Shown: piece by piece, positions 19,198-28,840 of the stretch
Position numbering within the stretch: the stretch's first letter is position 1
Layout of the letters: each line of letters starts with the position of its first letter
NCBI GenBank assembly: GCA_041687695.1
Contig: JAWLBL010000011.1
Location: 101,716 to 165,715, forward strand
From: Myxococcota bacterium
Lineage (GTDB): Bacteria > Myxococcota_A > UBA9042 > PHBI01 > JAWLBL01
Direction of reading: 5' to 3'
Length of the DNA: 64,000 nucleotides
Position numbers and translations under genes: made by a program
Notes under the pieces: model-generated
Seen by the model: only the letters and a program-made list of their open reading frames with translations
Database searches by the model: none
What the model was told of the DNA's origin: nothing

Positions 19198-21036
19198 TCA
19201 GTCGCTGACGGAGGGGCCGTGGGCGGGGGTGCCGGTGAACTCGGCGACCAGGTCGTAGCGGCCGGGCCGCTGGTCGTCCGGCAGGGCCAGCTCGGCGGCG
19301 TAGCGGCCATCGGCGCCCAGGGCGGTGACCCCGAGCAGGGCGACCGCGCGCCCCTCGTCGTCGACCAGCAGCAGCTGCACCTGCCCCTGGGTCACGGGCC
19401 GGCCCACGTTGTCGACCACCTGCCCGGTCAGCTCGACCTTGTCGCCGCGGTACAAGAGCGACGCGTCGGCGCTGAGCGACGTGCGCGTAGGGGGGCGCCG
19501 CTGGTCGGGGACCGCGCGCCGCACTCGGGCGTCGAGCAGGCGCGACAGGCGCGAGGCCAGGCCGTCGTCGCCGCTGGGCTCGGCCGGCGGGGTGCCCGGG
19601 CGGCGGCGGGTGGCGGGGGGCATGCCCTGGGTGCGCATGGCGCCGGCGGCCTGGTCGCCGGCGATCTGGCGCGCGTAGGCGTCGGGCCGATCGAAGGGGT
19701 CGCGGGTGCGTGGGCGGTGGCGGACCTTGTCCTGCCCGGCGTGGACGACCAGCTCCTCGGCGCCGCCGCCGAGATCGACCCGCAGCCAGCCGGGCTCGTC
19801 GCCCGGGACCCACAGCTCGGCGAAGACGTGGGCCTCGTTGTAGACGTAGCGCGCCGGCAGCCCGAGCCCCAGCGCCGTCACGACCAGCGCGAAGGTGCGG
19901 TGGCGGCACACGCCTTTGCGGCCGGTCGCCAGATCCAGGTAGATGTCCTCGGTCGAGGCCGGCGGGTCGCCCGGCTCGAAGGCGCGGAAGTAGGCGACGA
20001 GCTTGCCGACCAGCACGTCGTAGGGCGTGCGGGCCGAGACGCCGAGCGTGCTGGCGAAGGTGCGGGCGGCGCGGCCGACCGCGTCGGGCACGGCGGGCTG
20101 CATGTCGCGCGGCACGTCGCGAAGGGTCGCGTTGGTCGGCAGCTCGCGGCCGAAGTAGCGGGTCGGCGCGTCCATGACGAAGACCAGCCGGAAGCGGCCG
20201 TCGGTCGCGGCGCGGACGTAGTAGTTGTCCGCCCCGTCCTTGAAGAAGCGGACGCCGACGTCGGGGACGGTCTCGGCGGACAGGATGCGGCTGTCGGGGC
20301 TGACGCTGGGCAGCGGGACGTCGACGCCGGCGCGGCCGTCGACCAGGAGCGAGCCCCAGAAGACCTCTCGGCCGGCGTCGACCTGGTTGCCGACGGGGCG
20401 CAGCTCGGTCAGCGTCGACGGGCGCAGCTGGAGCGTGTAGTCGGCGCCGACGCCGTCGAAGGCGCGGTTGCGCTTGAAGGGCACGATCGAGGGATCGAAG
20501 ACCGCGTGATAGTCGAGCCGGCCCTCCATCTGGGTCGCGCGGTCGGGGTTGACCGCGTCCGTCGACAGGCGCCGGGGGTCGACGCGCGCCGGGGAGGCGG
20601 GGGGCGCGGGGGGCGCGTCGGGGTCGGCGTCGGGCGGCGTGGGCGTCGGCTCGGGGGTGGACGGCGCCGGGTCGTCGGGGCCGCGGCCGTCGGCTGGCAG
20701 CACGCCCGCTTCGGCGTAGACCGCCTCGCCCCCGGCGGGCGTGGTGTCGCGGCGCGGCGTGGGCAGGGACTGTCCGTCTCGCAGCAGCTCGCGCGGCAGG
20801 CTGCCGCCGCGGACCGGGTCGTACAGGAAGATGGGCCCCTGCCCGCGGGCGCCGGCCGCCGTCGGCAGGCGCCGGTGCAGGATGGCGCGGCCGTCCGGGG
20901 TGCGCGAGACCTCGCCGCGCTCGTCGGGCGGCGAGGTCTGGGCCTGCGCCATTCCGAAGACCGTCAGGCCGGCCGCCGCCGTGAGCAGCGTGGAGAGCGC
21001 GACGACGCGGGCGCGGGCGGAGCGGGGAGGGCGCAT
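19198..21036 (-). CDS. Exported transglutaminase-like domain protein
   Basis: Signal peptide (AQA/Q). Putative Cys-His-Asp triad: GVCRH, AHVFAE, RVDLGG. C-terminal beta-rich domain. Start 21036 or 21045. Confidence 0.75.
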   Translation of the reverse strand: MRPPRSARARVVALSTLLTAAAGLTVFGMAQAQTSPPDERGEVSRTPDGRAILHRRLPTAAGARGQGPIFLYDPVRGGSLPRELLRDGQSLPTPRRDTTPAGGEAVYAEAGVLPADGRGPDDPAPSTPEPTPTPPDADPDAPPAPPASPARVDPRRLSTDAVNPDRATQMEGRLDYHAVFDPSIVPFKRNRAFDGVGADYTLQLRPSTLTELRPVGNQVDAGREVFWGSLLVDGRAGVDVPLPSVSPDSRILSAETVPDVGVRFFKDGADNYYVRAATDGRFRLVFVMDAPTRYFGRELPTNATLRDVPRDMQPAVPDAVGRAARTFASTLGVSARTPYDVLVGKLVAYFRAFEPGDPPASTEDIYLDLATGRKGVCRHRTFALVVTALGLGLPARYVYNEAHVFAELWVPGDEPGWLRVDLGGGAEELVVHAGQDKVRHRPRTRDPFDRPDAYARQIAGDQAAGAMRTQGMPPATRRRPGTPPAEPSGDDGLASRLSRLLDARVRRAVPDQRRPPTRTSLSADASLLYRGDKVELTGQVVDNVGRPVTQGQVQLLLVDDEGRAVALLGVTALGADGRYAAELALPDDQRPGRYDLVAEFTGTPAHGPSVSD

Positions 21037-21190
21037 CGGACCCATCTCGCCAGCGCGGCCGCGCGGCGTCAAGCCCCGGGCGCGCCGTGCGAGCGCCTGG
21101 CGCCTTGTGCTCACGGGGGCTTTCGACTAATGCGACGGGCCTCGACCCCACCCACGGACGAGCCATCCCACGGACGAAAGGACGCGCCCC

Positions 21191-22198
21191 ATGAAGCTCG
21201 CCACGCTCGACGACGGCACCCGCGACGGCCGGCTCCTGGTCGTCACCCGCGACGGCCGCCGCGCCGCCCCCACCGACGGCATCGCCCGCACCCTGCAGGA
21301 CGCGCTGGACCGCTGGGACGCCGCCGAGGCGCCCCTGCGCGCCCTCGCCGACGCCCTCGAGGCCGGCCGCGCCGCTGGCGCCTTCGATCTCGACGTCTCG
21401 CGCCTGCTCGCGCCGCTGCCCCGCGCCTACGCCTGGATCGACGGCTCGGCCTTCCTGAACCACGTCGAGCTGGTCCGCAAGGCGCGCGGCGCCGAGATGC
21501 CCGCCTCCTTCCTGACCGACCCGCTGGTCTACCAGGGCGGGTCCGACCGCTTCCTGGCGCCCACCGAGCCCATCGCCCACGCCACGACCGAGTGGGGCAT
21601 CGACTTCGAGGCCGAGGTCGCCGTCATCACCGGCGACGTCCCCTACGGCACGTCCGCCGCCGAGGCGCTGACCCACGTGCGTCTGCTGGTGCTGGTCAAC
21701 GACGTGTCGCTGCGCAACCTCATCCCGAACGAGCTGGGCAAGGGCTTCGGCTTCTTCGTCTCCAAGCCGCCCAGCGCGCTGTCGCCCTTCGCCGTCACCC
21801 CGGACGAGCTCGGCGACGCCTGGCGAGACGGCCGCCTGCACCTGCCGCTCGAGGTGACCTACAACGACGCGCGCTTCGGCGATCCGGTCGCCGGCGACGA
21901 GATGCAGTTCGGCTTCCACGAGCTCATCGCGCACGTCAGCCGCACGCGCCCGCTCGGCGCCGGGACCGTGCTCGGCTCGGGCACCGTCTCCAACCGCGAC
22001 CGGGCCCGCGGGTCGTGCTGCCTCGCCGAAAAGCGCATGATCGAGAAGATCGAGACCGGCGCCATGACGACGCCGTTCATGGCCTTCGGCGACCGGGTCC
22101 GCATCGAGATGAGGCAGGACGGCCGCTCGATCTTCGGCGCCATCGAGCAGACGGTGGTCGAGGGCGCGACCGGGTTCGGGCCCGGCACGAAGGGCTGA
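21191..22198 (+). CDS. Fumarylacetoacetate hydrolase family protein
   Basis: MKLATL..GTRDG, YQGGSD, IDFEAEVAV, NDVSLRNLIP, GSGTVSN; adjacent to maiA. Confidence 0.92.
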   Translation: MKLATLDDGTRDGRLLVVTRDGRRAAPTDGIARTLQDALDRWDAAEAPLRALADALEAGRAAGAFDLDVSRLLAPLPRAYAWIDGSAFLNHVELVRKARGAEMPASFLTDPLVYQGGSDRFLAPTEPIAHATTEWGIDFEAEVAVITGDVPYGTSAAEALTHVRLLVLVNDVSLRNLIPNELGKGFGFFVSKPPSALSPFAVTPDELGDAWRDGRLHLPLEVTYNDARFGDPVAGDEMQFGFHELIAHVSRTRPLGAGTVLGSGTVSNRDRARGSCCLAEKRMIEKIETGAMTTPFMAFGDRVRIEMRQDGRSIFGAIEQTVVEGATGFGPGTKG

Positions 22199-22201
22199 GG
22201 G

Positions 22202-22879
22202 ATGCCCAGCTACACCCTGTACAGCTACTTCCGCTCGAGCGCGTCGTGGCGCGTGCGCATCGGCCTCGCGCTCAAGGGCCTGCCCTACCGCTACCGGCCG
22301 GTGCACCTGCTCCGTGACGGGGGCGAGCAGTTCAGCGACGCCTACCGCGCGCTCAACCCGATGAGCGAGCTGCCGTGCCTCGTGGTCCACGGCGACGCGG
22401 ACCCCGAGGGGCCCCCCGAGGCCGTGCTGGCCCAGTCGATCGCCATCCTCGAGTACCTGGACGAGGTGCACCCCTCGCCGCCGCTGCTGCCGTCGTCGGC
22501 GGCCGACCGGGCGCGGGTCCGCCAGCTGGTCGAGAGCGTCAACAGCTCGATCCAGCCGCTGCAGAACCTCAAGGTGCTCAAGCACCTGCACGCGGCGTTC
22601 GGCGCCGACAAGGACGCGACGCAGGCCTGGGGGCGGCACTGGATCGCCCAGGGCTTTGGCGGGCTCGAGGCGCTGCTCGCGCGGACCGCCGGCCGCCACG
22701 CCTTCGGCGACTCGGTGACGCTGGCCGACGTCGTGCTGGTGCCCCAGGTGTTCAACGCGCGCCGCTTCGGCGTGGAGCTGGCGCCCTTCCCGACGATCCA
22801 GCGGGTCGAGGCGGCGGCCATGGCCTTGCCGGCCTTCCAAGCGGCCACGCCCGACCACCAGCCCGATCATGAAGGCTGA
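22202..22879 (+). CDS. maiA: Maleylacetoacetate isomerase (GST zeta)
   Basis: LYSYFRSSASWRVRIGL, QSIAILEYLDE, IQPLQNL, PQVFNARRF, PDHQPD. Confidence 0.92.
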   Translation: MPSYTLYSYFRSSASWRVRIGLALKGLPYRYRPVHLLRDGGEQFSDAYRALNPMSELPCLVVHGDADPEGPPEAVLAQSIAILEYLDEVHPSPPLLPSSAADRARVRQLVESVNSSIQPLQNLKVLKHLHAAFGADKDATQAWGRHWIAQGFGGLEALLARTAGRHAFGDSVTLADVVLVPQVFNARRFGVELAPFPTIQRVEAAAMALPAFQAATPDHQPDHEG

Positions 22880-23867
22880 GGCCGGCGTGCGGCTGCTCGC
22901 GCTGCTGACGCTCGCGTCGCTGGGCGTCGGCTGCGCATCGACCGGGCCTCGGCCGGTCGTCCCCGACCCCGGCGCCCCGCCGGCGGCGGTGACCTTGCAG
23001 CACGGGCAGGCGCTGAGCCGCGAAGAGGCCGCGCGCTTCCTGTCGCGCTTTCGGCACGTCTACGTCGGCGAGCGCCACGCCAGCGCGCCCCACCAGGCCG
23101 TGCAGCTCGACGTCGTCCAGGCGCTGCACGACGCCGGCGCGCGCGTCACCGTCGCCGTCGAGTGGCTGCCGGCGTCGGCCCAGCCGGCCGTCGACGCCTA
23201 CCTGCGCGGCGAGGTCGACGAGGCCGGCTTCCTCGAGCGCGCAGGCTGGGCGCGCGTGTGGGGCCACGCCTTCGAGTCCTACGCGCCCTTGTTCCGCTTC
23301 GCGCGCGCCGAGGGGCTGCCGATCGTGGCCCTGAACGCGCCGCCCGGGCTGCCGAGCCGCCTGGTCCGCCAGGGCCGGCAGGCGCTGTCGCCCGAGGAGC
23401 TCGCCGCCCTGCCGCCGCTCGACACCCACGATCCGGTCCACCGCGCCTGGTTCGGGTGCCTGTACGCGGCGGCCGCCCGCGCCCACGGGGGCCACCACGG
23501 CGGCCACGGTCTCGACGCCGAGCGGATCGATCGCGCCTACGAGGGCCAGCTGGTCTGGGACGAGACGATGGCGCGCGGCGTGGCCGAGCTGCTGGCCTCG
23601 TCCGAACACGCCGGGCGCGTGATCGTGGTGCTGGCGGGGCAGGGGCACGTCGACTGGGCGCTGGGCATCCCGCGGCGCGCCCTGGCGCTCAGCGGGCAGC
23701 CGTTCGCCATCGCGGCCGCCGCGCCGCGCCGCGCCATCGACGCGCCGGAGCTGCGCGGGGACAGCGGGCCTTACCCAAGGCGCCGTGCGGATCTGCTGTG
23801 GTTCCCGCCGATCGGGTTCGAGGGCGACGATCTGGCCGCGATCCTGGCCGTCGACCCTTGTCGATGA
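22869..23867 (+). CDS. ChaN-family (DUF399) lipoprotein
   Basis: Lipobox GVGC; VYVGERH...HQAVQ; QLVWDETMA; LAGQGHV. Confidence 0.8.
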   Translation: MKAEAGVRLLALLTLASLGVGCASTGPRPVVPDPGAPPAAVTLQHGQALSREEAARFLSRFRHVYVGERHASAPHQAVQLDVVQALHDAGARVTVAVEWLPASAQPAVDAYLRGEVDEAGFLERAGWARVWGHAFESYAPLFRFARAEGLPIVALNAPPGLPSRLVRQGRQALSPEELAALPPLDTHDPVHRAWFGCLYAAAARAHGGHHGGHGLDAERIDRAYEGQLVWDETMARGVAELLASSEHAGRVIVVLAGQGHVDWALGIPRRALALSGQPFAIAAAAPRRAIDAPELRGDSGPYPRRRADLLWFPPIGFEGDDLAAILAVDPCR

Positions 23868-24068
23868 TCCGGTCGCGAAATCGACCCGAATCGACGCGAA
23901 TCCCATTGCGCGGCCTTGCGCCGCGGTTATTCTGCGGCCTCTCCACCCGAAAAGCGGGTGCGGGGCATCGGACCTACTGGGGTGCGGCGAGAACGGTCGT
24001 GCGCATCGGCTGGTACCAGCGGGTGATGACAGAGAGCCTACCAGCAGAGCAAAAGAGAGCAGAGCAGA

Positions 24069-24518
24069 ATGGGTACCAAGATCTTCGTGGGTGGGCTGGC
24101 CTGGGCGACGACCGACGCGTCGCTGCGCGCCGCGTTCGAGCCGTTCGGCGAGGTGACCGACAGCAAGGTGGTGATGGATCGCGAGACCGGCCGCAGCCGC
24201 GGCTTCGGGTTCGTGACGTTCGCGGACGACTCGGCCTGCCAGGCCGCGGTCAAGGCGATGGACGGGGCGTCGATCGACGGCCGCTCGGTCCGCGTGAACG
24301 AGGCCCAGGAGCGCCCCCGCACCGGCGGCGGCGGCTTCGGCGGCGGTGATCGCGGCGGCCGTGGCGGCTTCGGCGGCGGCGGCGGTGGTTACGGCGGCGG
24401 TGACCGCGGCGGCTACGGCGGCGGCGGCGGTGATCGCGGCGGCTTCGGCGGTGGCGATCGCGGCGGCCGTCGTGACGACCGCGGTGGCCGCGGTGGGCGC
24501 CGGGACGATCGCTGGTAG
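24069..24518 (+). CDS. RRM RNA-binding protein with Gly/RGG-rich tail
   Basis: RNP2 IFVGGL, RNP1 RGFGFVTF, VRVNEA; GGGDRGG repeats. Confidence 0.95.
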   Translation: MGTKIFVGGLAWATTDASLRAAFEPFGEVTDSKVVMDRETGRSRGFGFVTFADDSACQAAVKAMDGASIDGRSVRVNEAQERPRTGGGGFGGGDRGGRGGFGGGGGGYGGGDRGGYGGGGGDRGGFGGGDRGGRRDDRGGRGGRRDDRW

Positions 24519-24592
24519 TCTGATCCTCGACGGACCTCCCGCCCGCTCGTGACGAGCGCCGCGGGCTGGCCGACCACGAAGCATAGAAGAAG

Positions 24593-24631
24593 AGCCGGGG
24601 CCGCCATCGAGGCGGCCTCGGCTTTTTTTTT
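24593..24631 (+). terminator. Intrinsic terminator
   Basis: agccggggccgcc-atcga-ggcggcctcggct followed by a T run. Confidence 0.9.
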
Positions 24632-24706
24632 GCCCTGAGCACCGCGCCGGCGCCGCCGACCCTTGTCACGGACGCCACCGGAAACGACTTTCCTGTTGTG
24701 CCATGG

Positions 24707-24723
24707 TTGAGAATCATTATCAT
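24707..24723. promoter_or_regulatory. Fur-box-like operator
   Basis: TTGAGAATCATTATCA resembles GATAATGATAATCATTATC. It is an AT-rich island directly upstream of bfd-bfr. Confidence 0.8.
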
Positions 24724-24765
24724 CACGTCGAGCCCCGAGAGCGAACTGGGGCAGTGGGTGATCCG

Positions 24766-24984
24766 ATGATCGTTTGCGTGTGTGAGGGCGTGTCCGACCG
24801 TGAGATCCGCGCCGCCATCCAGGGCGGCTCGCGCACCGTCAAGGACCTCGGCCGCGCCTGCGGGGCCGGCGGCGACTGCGGGCGCTGCGGCCTCATGCTC
24901 AAGCAGATGCTCCGCGACGCCGGCTGCGGCGGCGACTGCGCGACGCGGCGCCCGTCCAGCGACCAGGGCTGCCGCGCGGCCTGA
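24766..24984 (+). CDS. bfd: Bacterioferritin-associated ferredoxin
   Basis: MIVCVCEGVSD...CGRC, upstream of bfr. Confidence 0.9.
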   Translation: MIVCVCEGVSDREIRAAIQGGSRTVKDLGRACGAGGDCGRCGLMLKQMLRDAGCGGDCATRRPSSDQGCRAA

Positions 24985-25059
24985 TCTTGGCTTGGCGAAT
25001 CGCTTTTTCGCGGTAGGATCGCCGCCGACACCTACCAACTCGAAAGGCGAACGCTAGCC

Positions 25060-25536
25060 ATGCCCTCGACCAGCAAGAAGATCGTCTCGCTGCTCAACGA
25101 CGTGCTCACCGCAGAGCTGACGGCCATCAACCAGTACTTCATGCACGCGAAGATGTGCGAGAACTGGGGCTACCTGCGGCTGTACAAGAAGATCTACCGC
25201 GAGTCGATCGACGAGATGAAGCACGCCGAGGAGATCGTGGATCGCATCCTCTATCTCGGCGGCATCCCGAACCTTCAGCGGCTCGGCAAGATCAACATCG
25301 GCGAGACCGTCAAGGAGCAGCTGACGCTCGATCTCGCGCTCGAGTACGAGGCGCTCAAGCGGCTCAACGACGGCATCGCCGCCTGCCGCGAAGAGGGCGA
25401 CAACGGCAGCCGCATGCTGCTCGACGGCATCCTCGCCTCCGAGGAGGAGCACGTCGACTGGCTCGAGACCCAGCTCGAGCTGATCACCCAGCTCGGCGAG
25501 GCCCAGTACCTCGCCCAGCAGATCCGGGAAGAGTAG
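25060..25536 (+). CDS. bfr: Bacterioferritin
   Basis: [37 protein letters not shown]. Confidence 0.96.
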   Translation: MPSTSKKIVSLLNDVLTAELTAINQYFMHAKMCENWGYLRLYKKIYRESIDEMKHAEEIVDRILYLGGIPNLQRLGKINIGETVKEQLTLDLALEYEALKRLNDGIAACREEGDNGSRMLLDGILASEEEHVDWLETQLELITQLGEAQYLAQQIREE

Positions 25537-25614
25537 CCCGCCGCGCGCGCCCGCTCGGACCGCCGCGCGAACGCGCCCGCGGCCCGAGCGCGGCGTGGCC
25601 GGCGCACAGGGCGA

Positions 25615-26208
25615 TCAGCCGTCGCCCAGTCGCAGGGCCAGGCTCAGGCGCAGCGCCATCGTCCAGGCGAGCGGCTCGGAGCTGGGCAGGACGGCGCCAA
25701 TGAGGTCGGCCTCCCAGACGACGTGCGTCCCCTCGCCGTGATCCGCCAGGGCGGGCCCGATGACCCCCAGGCCCAGCTCGAGGCCCGAGCGGTGGTGGAC
25801 CCCGCCCGACGAGTCGCCCGCCAGGTTGGCGCCGGGCGTGCGCTCCCAGCTGGCGACGGACGCCGTGTGCACGTGCGTCAAGTGCAGGAAGGCGAGGCCC
25901 TCCCAGCCGTGCGGGGCCGTCCCGGTCGAGAGCATCGGCCCGACCGCGAGGCCCAGGAAGAGCTGGTCGTCCTCGCCGGAGGCGCCCGTGGCGGTCAGGT
26001 GTCCGACTTGCCCGGCGACCTGCACCCCGAAGCGGTCGGTGAAGCGGTAGCGGAACCCGCTGCTGCCGGTCCCGCCCGCGCCGCCCGCGGAGAGCTGTCC
26101 GCCGAGCCCCAGGCTGATGGTCATCTCGTTGGCCGACGCGGGGGCCGGCGTGAGCGCCAGGGCGGCGGTGAGGAGCGCGGTCGAAGACGCGAGCCGGAGC
26201 AGGGGCAT
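25615..26208 (-). CDS. Exported beta-strand-rich hypothetical protein (possible small outer-membrane barrel)
   Basis: Signal peptide ASA/N, alternating amphipathic strands, GAGG RBS. Confidence 0.55.
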   Translation of the reverse strand: MPLLRLASSTALLTAALALTPAPASANEMTISLGLGGQLSAGGAGGTGSSGFRYRFTDRFGVQVAGQVGHLTATGASGEDDQLFLGLAVGPMLSTGTAPHGWEGLAFLHLTHVHTASVASWERTPGANLAGDSSGGVHHRSGLELGLGVIGPALADHGEGTHVVWEADLIGAVLPSSEPLAWTMALRLSLALRLGDG

Positions 26209-26431
26209 GCCTGGACCTCTCGGAGATGGCGGGTGAGCAGCCCTTCGGTTGTCGCGCGGACCGGTCCCGATCACGGCGCGCGGGAGACCCGGTCGGAATA
26301 GCCCGAACTCACTGGGGTTTAGCTGGTTCGCTGCCACGCGACGTCGGGCGGCGCGCCGGCGGGGAGGGGCCCCGCCCTAGACCACGTGGGCGCCCGTTGG
26401 GGGGCGGCCGCACAATCAGGGAGTCCCCACG

Positions 26432-26752
26432 ATGAGCCAGACCAAGAAGGCCAAGCTCGCCCACGACAAGAAGCGCAACGACACCCCGCAGGTAGCCACC
26501 GGCCAGTTCACCTTCAAGCAGGTGCTGGGGCTGGTGGACTGGCCGAAGGGACAGACCAGCGCGCTCGTCGTCCTCGACGGCGAGGGGACGGTCGGTCTCG
26601 TCGATGGCGCCTTCGTCACCCGCGACCGCGCGACGGGCGATCTGCGCCCCGTCGCCTTCGCCTGTCCGGCGGCCTACGACGCCGCCGCCCGCCAGCAGGC
26701 CATCCGGCGCCACGCCGACTACCAGCTCCAGCACTCCCCCCAGGTCCACTGA
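26432..26752 (+). CDS. Hypothetical protein (106 aa)
   Basis: GGGAG RBS and typical GC3-rich codons; no recognised motif. Confidence 0.6.
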   Translation: MSQTKKAKLAHDKKRNDTPQVATGQFTFKQVLGLVDWPKGQTSALVVLDGEGTVGLVDGAFVTRDRATGDLRPVAFACPAAYDAAARQQAIRRHADYQLQHSPQVH

Positions 26753-27004
26753 TACCCGAACGCCCACCCCCTTGGGCGCCCTCCCTCGCGGAGGTCAACG
26801 GAAGTCCCCGCCTAAGACCTGGATCTTTCCGCCCAACCCGTGGAGGTGGCGCCGGCGACGGCGTCACCTCTCCCGCCTCATCCCCCGCCCCCCTCGCCCT
26901 CTGAGGCTCCCGTCTCGGTCGACACACGCCGAGGCCCATCGCCTCGTCGCGCCGCGTCCGGTATGCTCCGCCCCGCCAAGGTCGATCGAAAGGGGCTACG
27001 AGCG

Positions 27005-28840
27005 ATGCACGGGTCCATGCCGCGGAACGCGGCGCCGCTGACCGGACTGGGGTTCCTCCTGGCTGCGCTGTGCCTGTCGGCGCCGGCCGCCGCCGCGGTC
27101 TGCCCCCCGGGCGGCGCCGTCGGACAGTGCCCGGTCGACGGCAGCGTCGACGGCGACGGGTGCTGCCACGACCCGTCGCGCGTGCGCTACTGCACGCCGG
27201 ACGGCGCGCTGTGCGAGGTCGACTGCGCCGACGTCGCGACCCGCAGCTGCTGCGAGGCGGCCACGGCCCCCGGCTGCTGTGACGCCGCCATCGCCGAGTG
27301 CGTGTGCGCGGCCGACCCGTTCTGCTGCCGCGTCGCCTGGGACGTCGCCTGCGTGACGCGCGCCGTCGGCGAGTGCGGCGGCTGCGAGGGCTCGACCTGC
27401 GCCCAGCCGCCGACCGTGTGCGGCGCGAGCGCGGCGCTGGGCGCCATGGGCTGCGTCCTGCCGGCGGCGGCCTCGACCGGCGAGGCCTGCCCCGCGTGCC
27501 AGCCCGAGTGCGGCGGCAAGGCCTGCGGTCCGGACGGCTGCAACGGCCTGTGCGGCGTGTGCCCGGTCGGGCAGATGTGCAGCGACGGGCAGTGCGTCCC
27601 GGGCGGCTGCACGCCCAAGTGCGCCGGCAAGCAGTGCGGCTCCGACGGCTGCGGCGGCACCTGCGGGCAGTGCAACCCGGGCGCGAGCTGCACGGACGAC
27701 GGCATCTGCTCGTTCGACTGCGTGCCGGACTGTCAGGGACGCGAGTGCGGCGGCGACGGCTGCGGCGGCAGCTGCGGGACCTGCGCGTTCGACGAGTACT
27801 GCGTCGAGGAGACGCTGTGCCTCAAGTGTCAGCTGGCGTGCAACGGGGTCGAGTGTGGTCTGAACCCGTGCGGGTGGTCGTGCGGGGCGTGTCCGTTCGG
27901 CAAGTTCTGCGCGGACGGCATGTGCGGCGACGTGTGCGTGCCGGACTGTACGAACAGGCAGTGCGGCCCCGACGGCTGCGGTGGCAGCTGCGGCGCGTGC
28001 GAGGGCTTCGAGCTGTGCGATCCGCAGGGCCAGTGCGTGCCGTCGTGCATCCCGTTCTGCGACGGCAAGCAGTGCGGCGCCGACGGGTGCGGCGGCACCT
28101 GCGGGACCTGCGGCAACGGCCAGACCTGCGCCTGGAACGGGCAGTGCACCGGCGAGTGCACCCCCGCGTGCGCCGGCAAGGCCTGCGGCGACGACGGGTG
28201 CGGCGGCAGCTGCGGCAGCTGCAGCGAGGGGCAGAGCTGCCAGGCCGGGCAGTGCACCGGGACCTGCGTCGCGGACTGCACGGGGCGCGCCTGCGGGACC
28301 GACGGGTGCGGCGGCAGCTGCGGGCAGTGCCCGCTGGGCCAGGTGTGCGCGGCCGGCAGCTGCGTCGGGGCGTGCATCCCGAGCTGCCACGGCAAAGCCT
28401 GCGGCGGTGACGGGTGCGGCGGGGGCTGCGGCGTGTGCGACGCCGGGCTGACCTGCGTGGACGGGGTCTGCGCGACGCTGCAGGGGTGTATTCCCGACTG
28501 CACGGGGCGCGCCTGCGGCGACGATCGGTGCGGCGGCAGCTGCGGCGCGTGCCCCGGCGGCCAGACCTGCGACGCGCAGACCCACACATGTCAGAGCCCG
28601 CACACGCCGGACCCCGATCCCGATCCCGAGCTGCCCAGCGTGCCGGCGTGCGGGTTCACCGAGCGGTGGGACGCCGCGCTGGGCCGGTGCGTTCCGCGCG
28701 ACGCCGCCGACGAGGACGAGCCGCGCGTGGTCGACGAGGGCTGCGCGGGCGGGGGGGCCGGCGGGGCTGCGCCCTGGGCGGTCGCGCTGGGGCTGGGGCT
28801 GATCGGCTGGGTGCGCGTCAGCCGGAGACGCGCGCGATGA
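27005..28840 (+). CDS. Cys-rich repeat surface protein with MYXO-CTERM-like anchor
   Basis: Signal peptide. Ten CGxDGCGGxCGxC-type repeats. C-terminal GC-AGGG, hydrophobic segment, then RRRAR. Confidence 0.85.
   Translation: MHGSMPRNAAPLTGLGFLLAALCLSAPAAAAVCPPGGAVGQCPVDGSVDGDGCCHDPSRVRYCTPDGALCEVDCADVATRSCCEAATAPGCCDAAIAECVCAADPFCCRVAWDVACVTRAVGECGGCEGSTCAQPPTVCGASAALGAMGCVLPAAASTGEACPACQPECGGKACGPDGCNGLCGVCPVGQMCSDGQCVPGGCTPKCAGKQCGSDGCGGTCGQCNPGASCTDDGICSFDCVPDCQGRECGGDGCGGSCGTCAFDEYCVEETLCLKCQLACNGVECGLNPCGWSCGACPFGKFCADGMCGDVCVPDCTNRQCGPDGCGGSCGACEGFELCDPQGQCVPSCIPFCDGKQCGADGCGGTCGTCGNGQTCAWNGQCTGECTPACAGKACGDDGCGGSCGSCSEGQSCQAGQCTGTCVADCTGRACGTDGCGGSCGQCPLGQVCAAGSCVGACIPSCHGKACGGDGCGGGCGVCDAGLTCVDGVCATLQGCIPDCTGRACGDDRCGGSCGACPGGQTCDAQTHTCQSPHTPDPDPDPELPSVPACGFTERWDAALGRCVPRDAADEDEPRVVDEGCAGGGAGGAAPWAVALGLGLIGWVRVSRRRAR

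Noticed and set aside
19040..22870. 2079-aa giant ORF from the ORF track
   Set aside because: The N-terminal ~1270 aa are shadow translation over the transglutaminase, FAH and maiA genes. The real gene starts at GTG 19039.
26753..26960. Third 21-bp periodic array
   Set aside because: Only two or three weakly phased CCGCC units, not distinguishable from chance.
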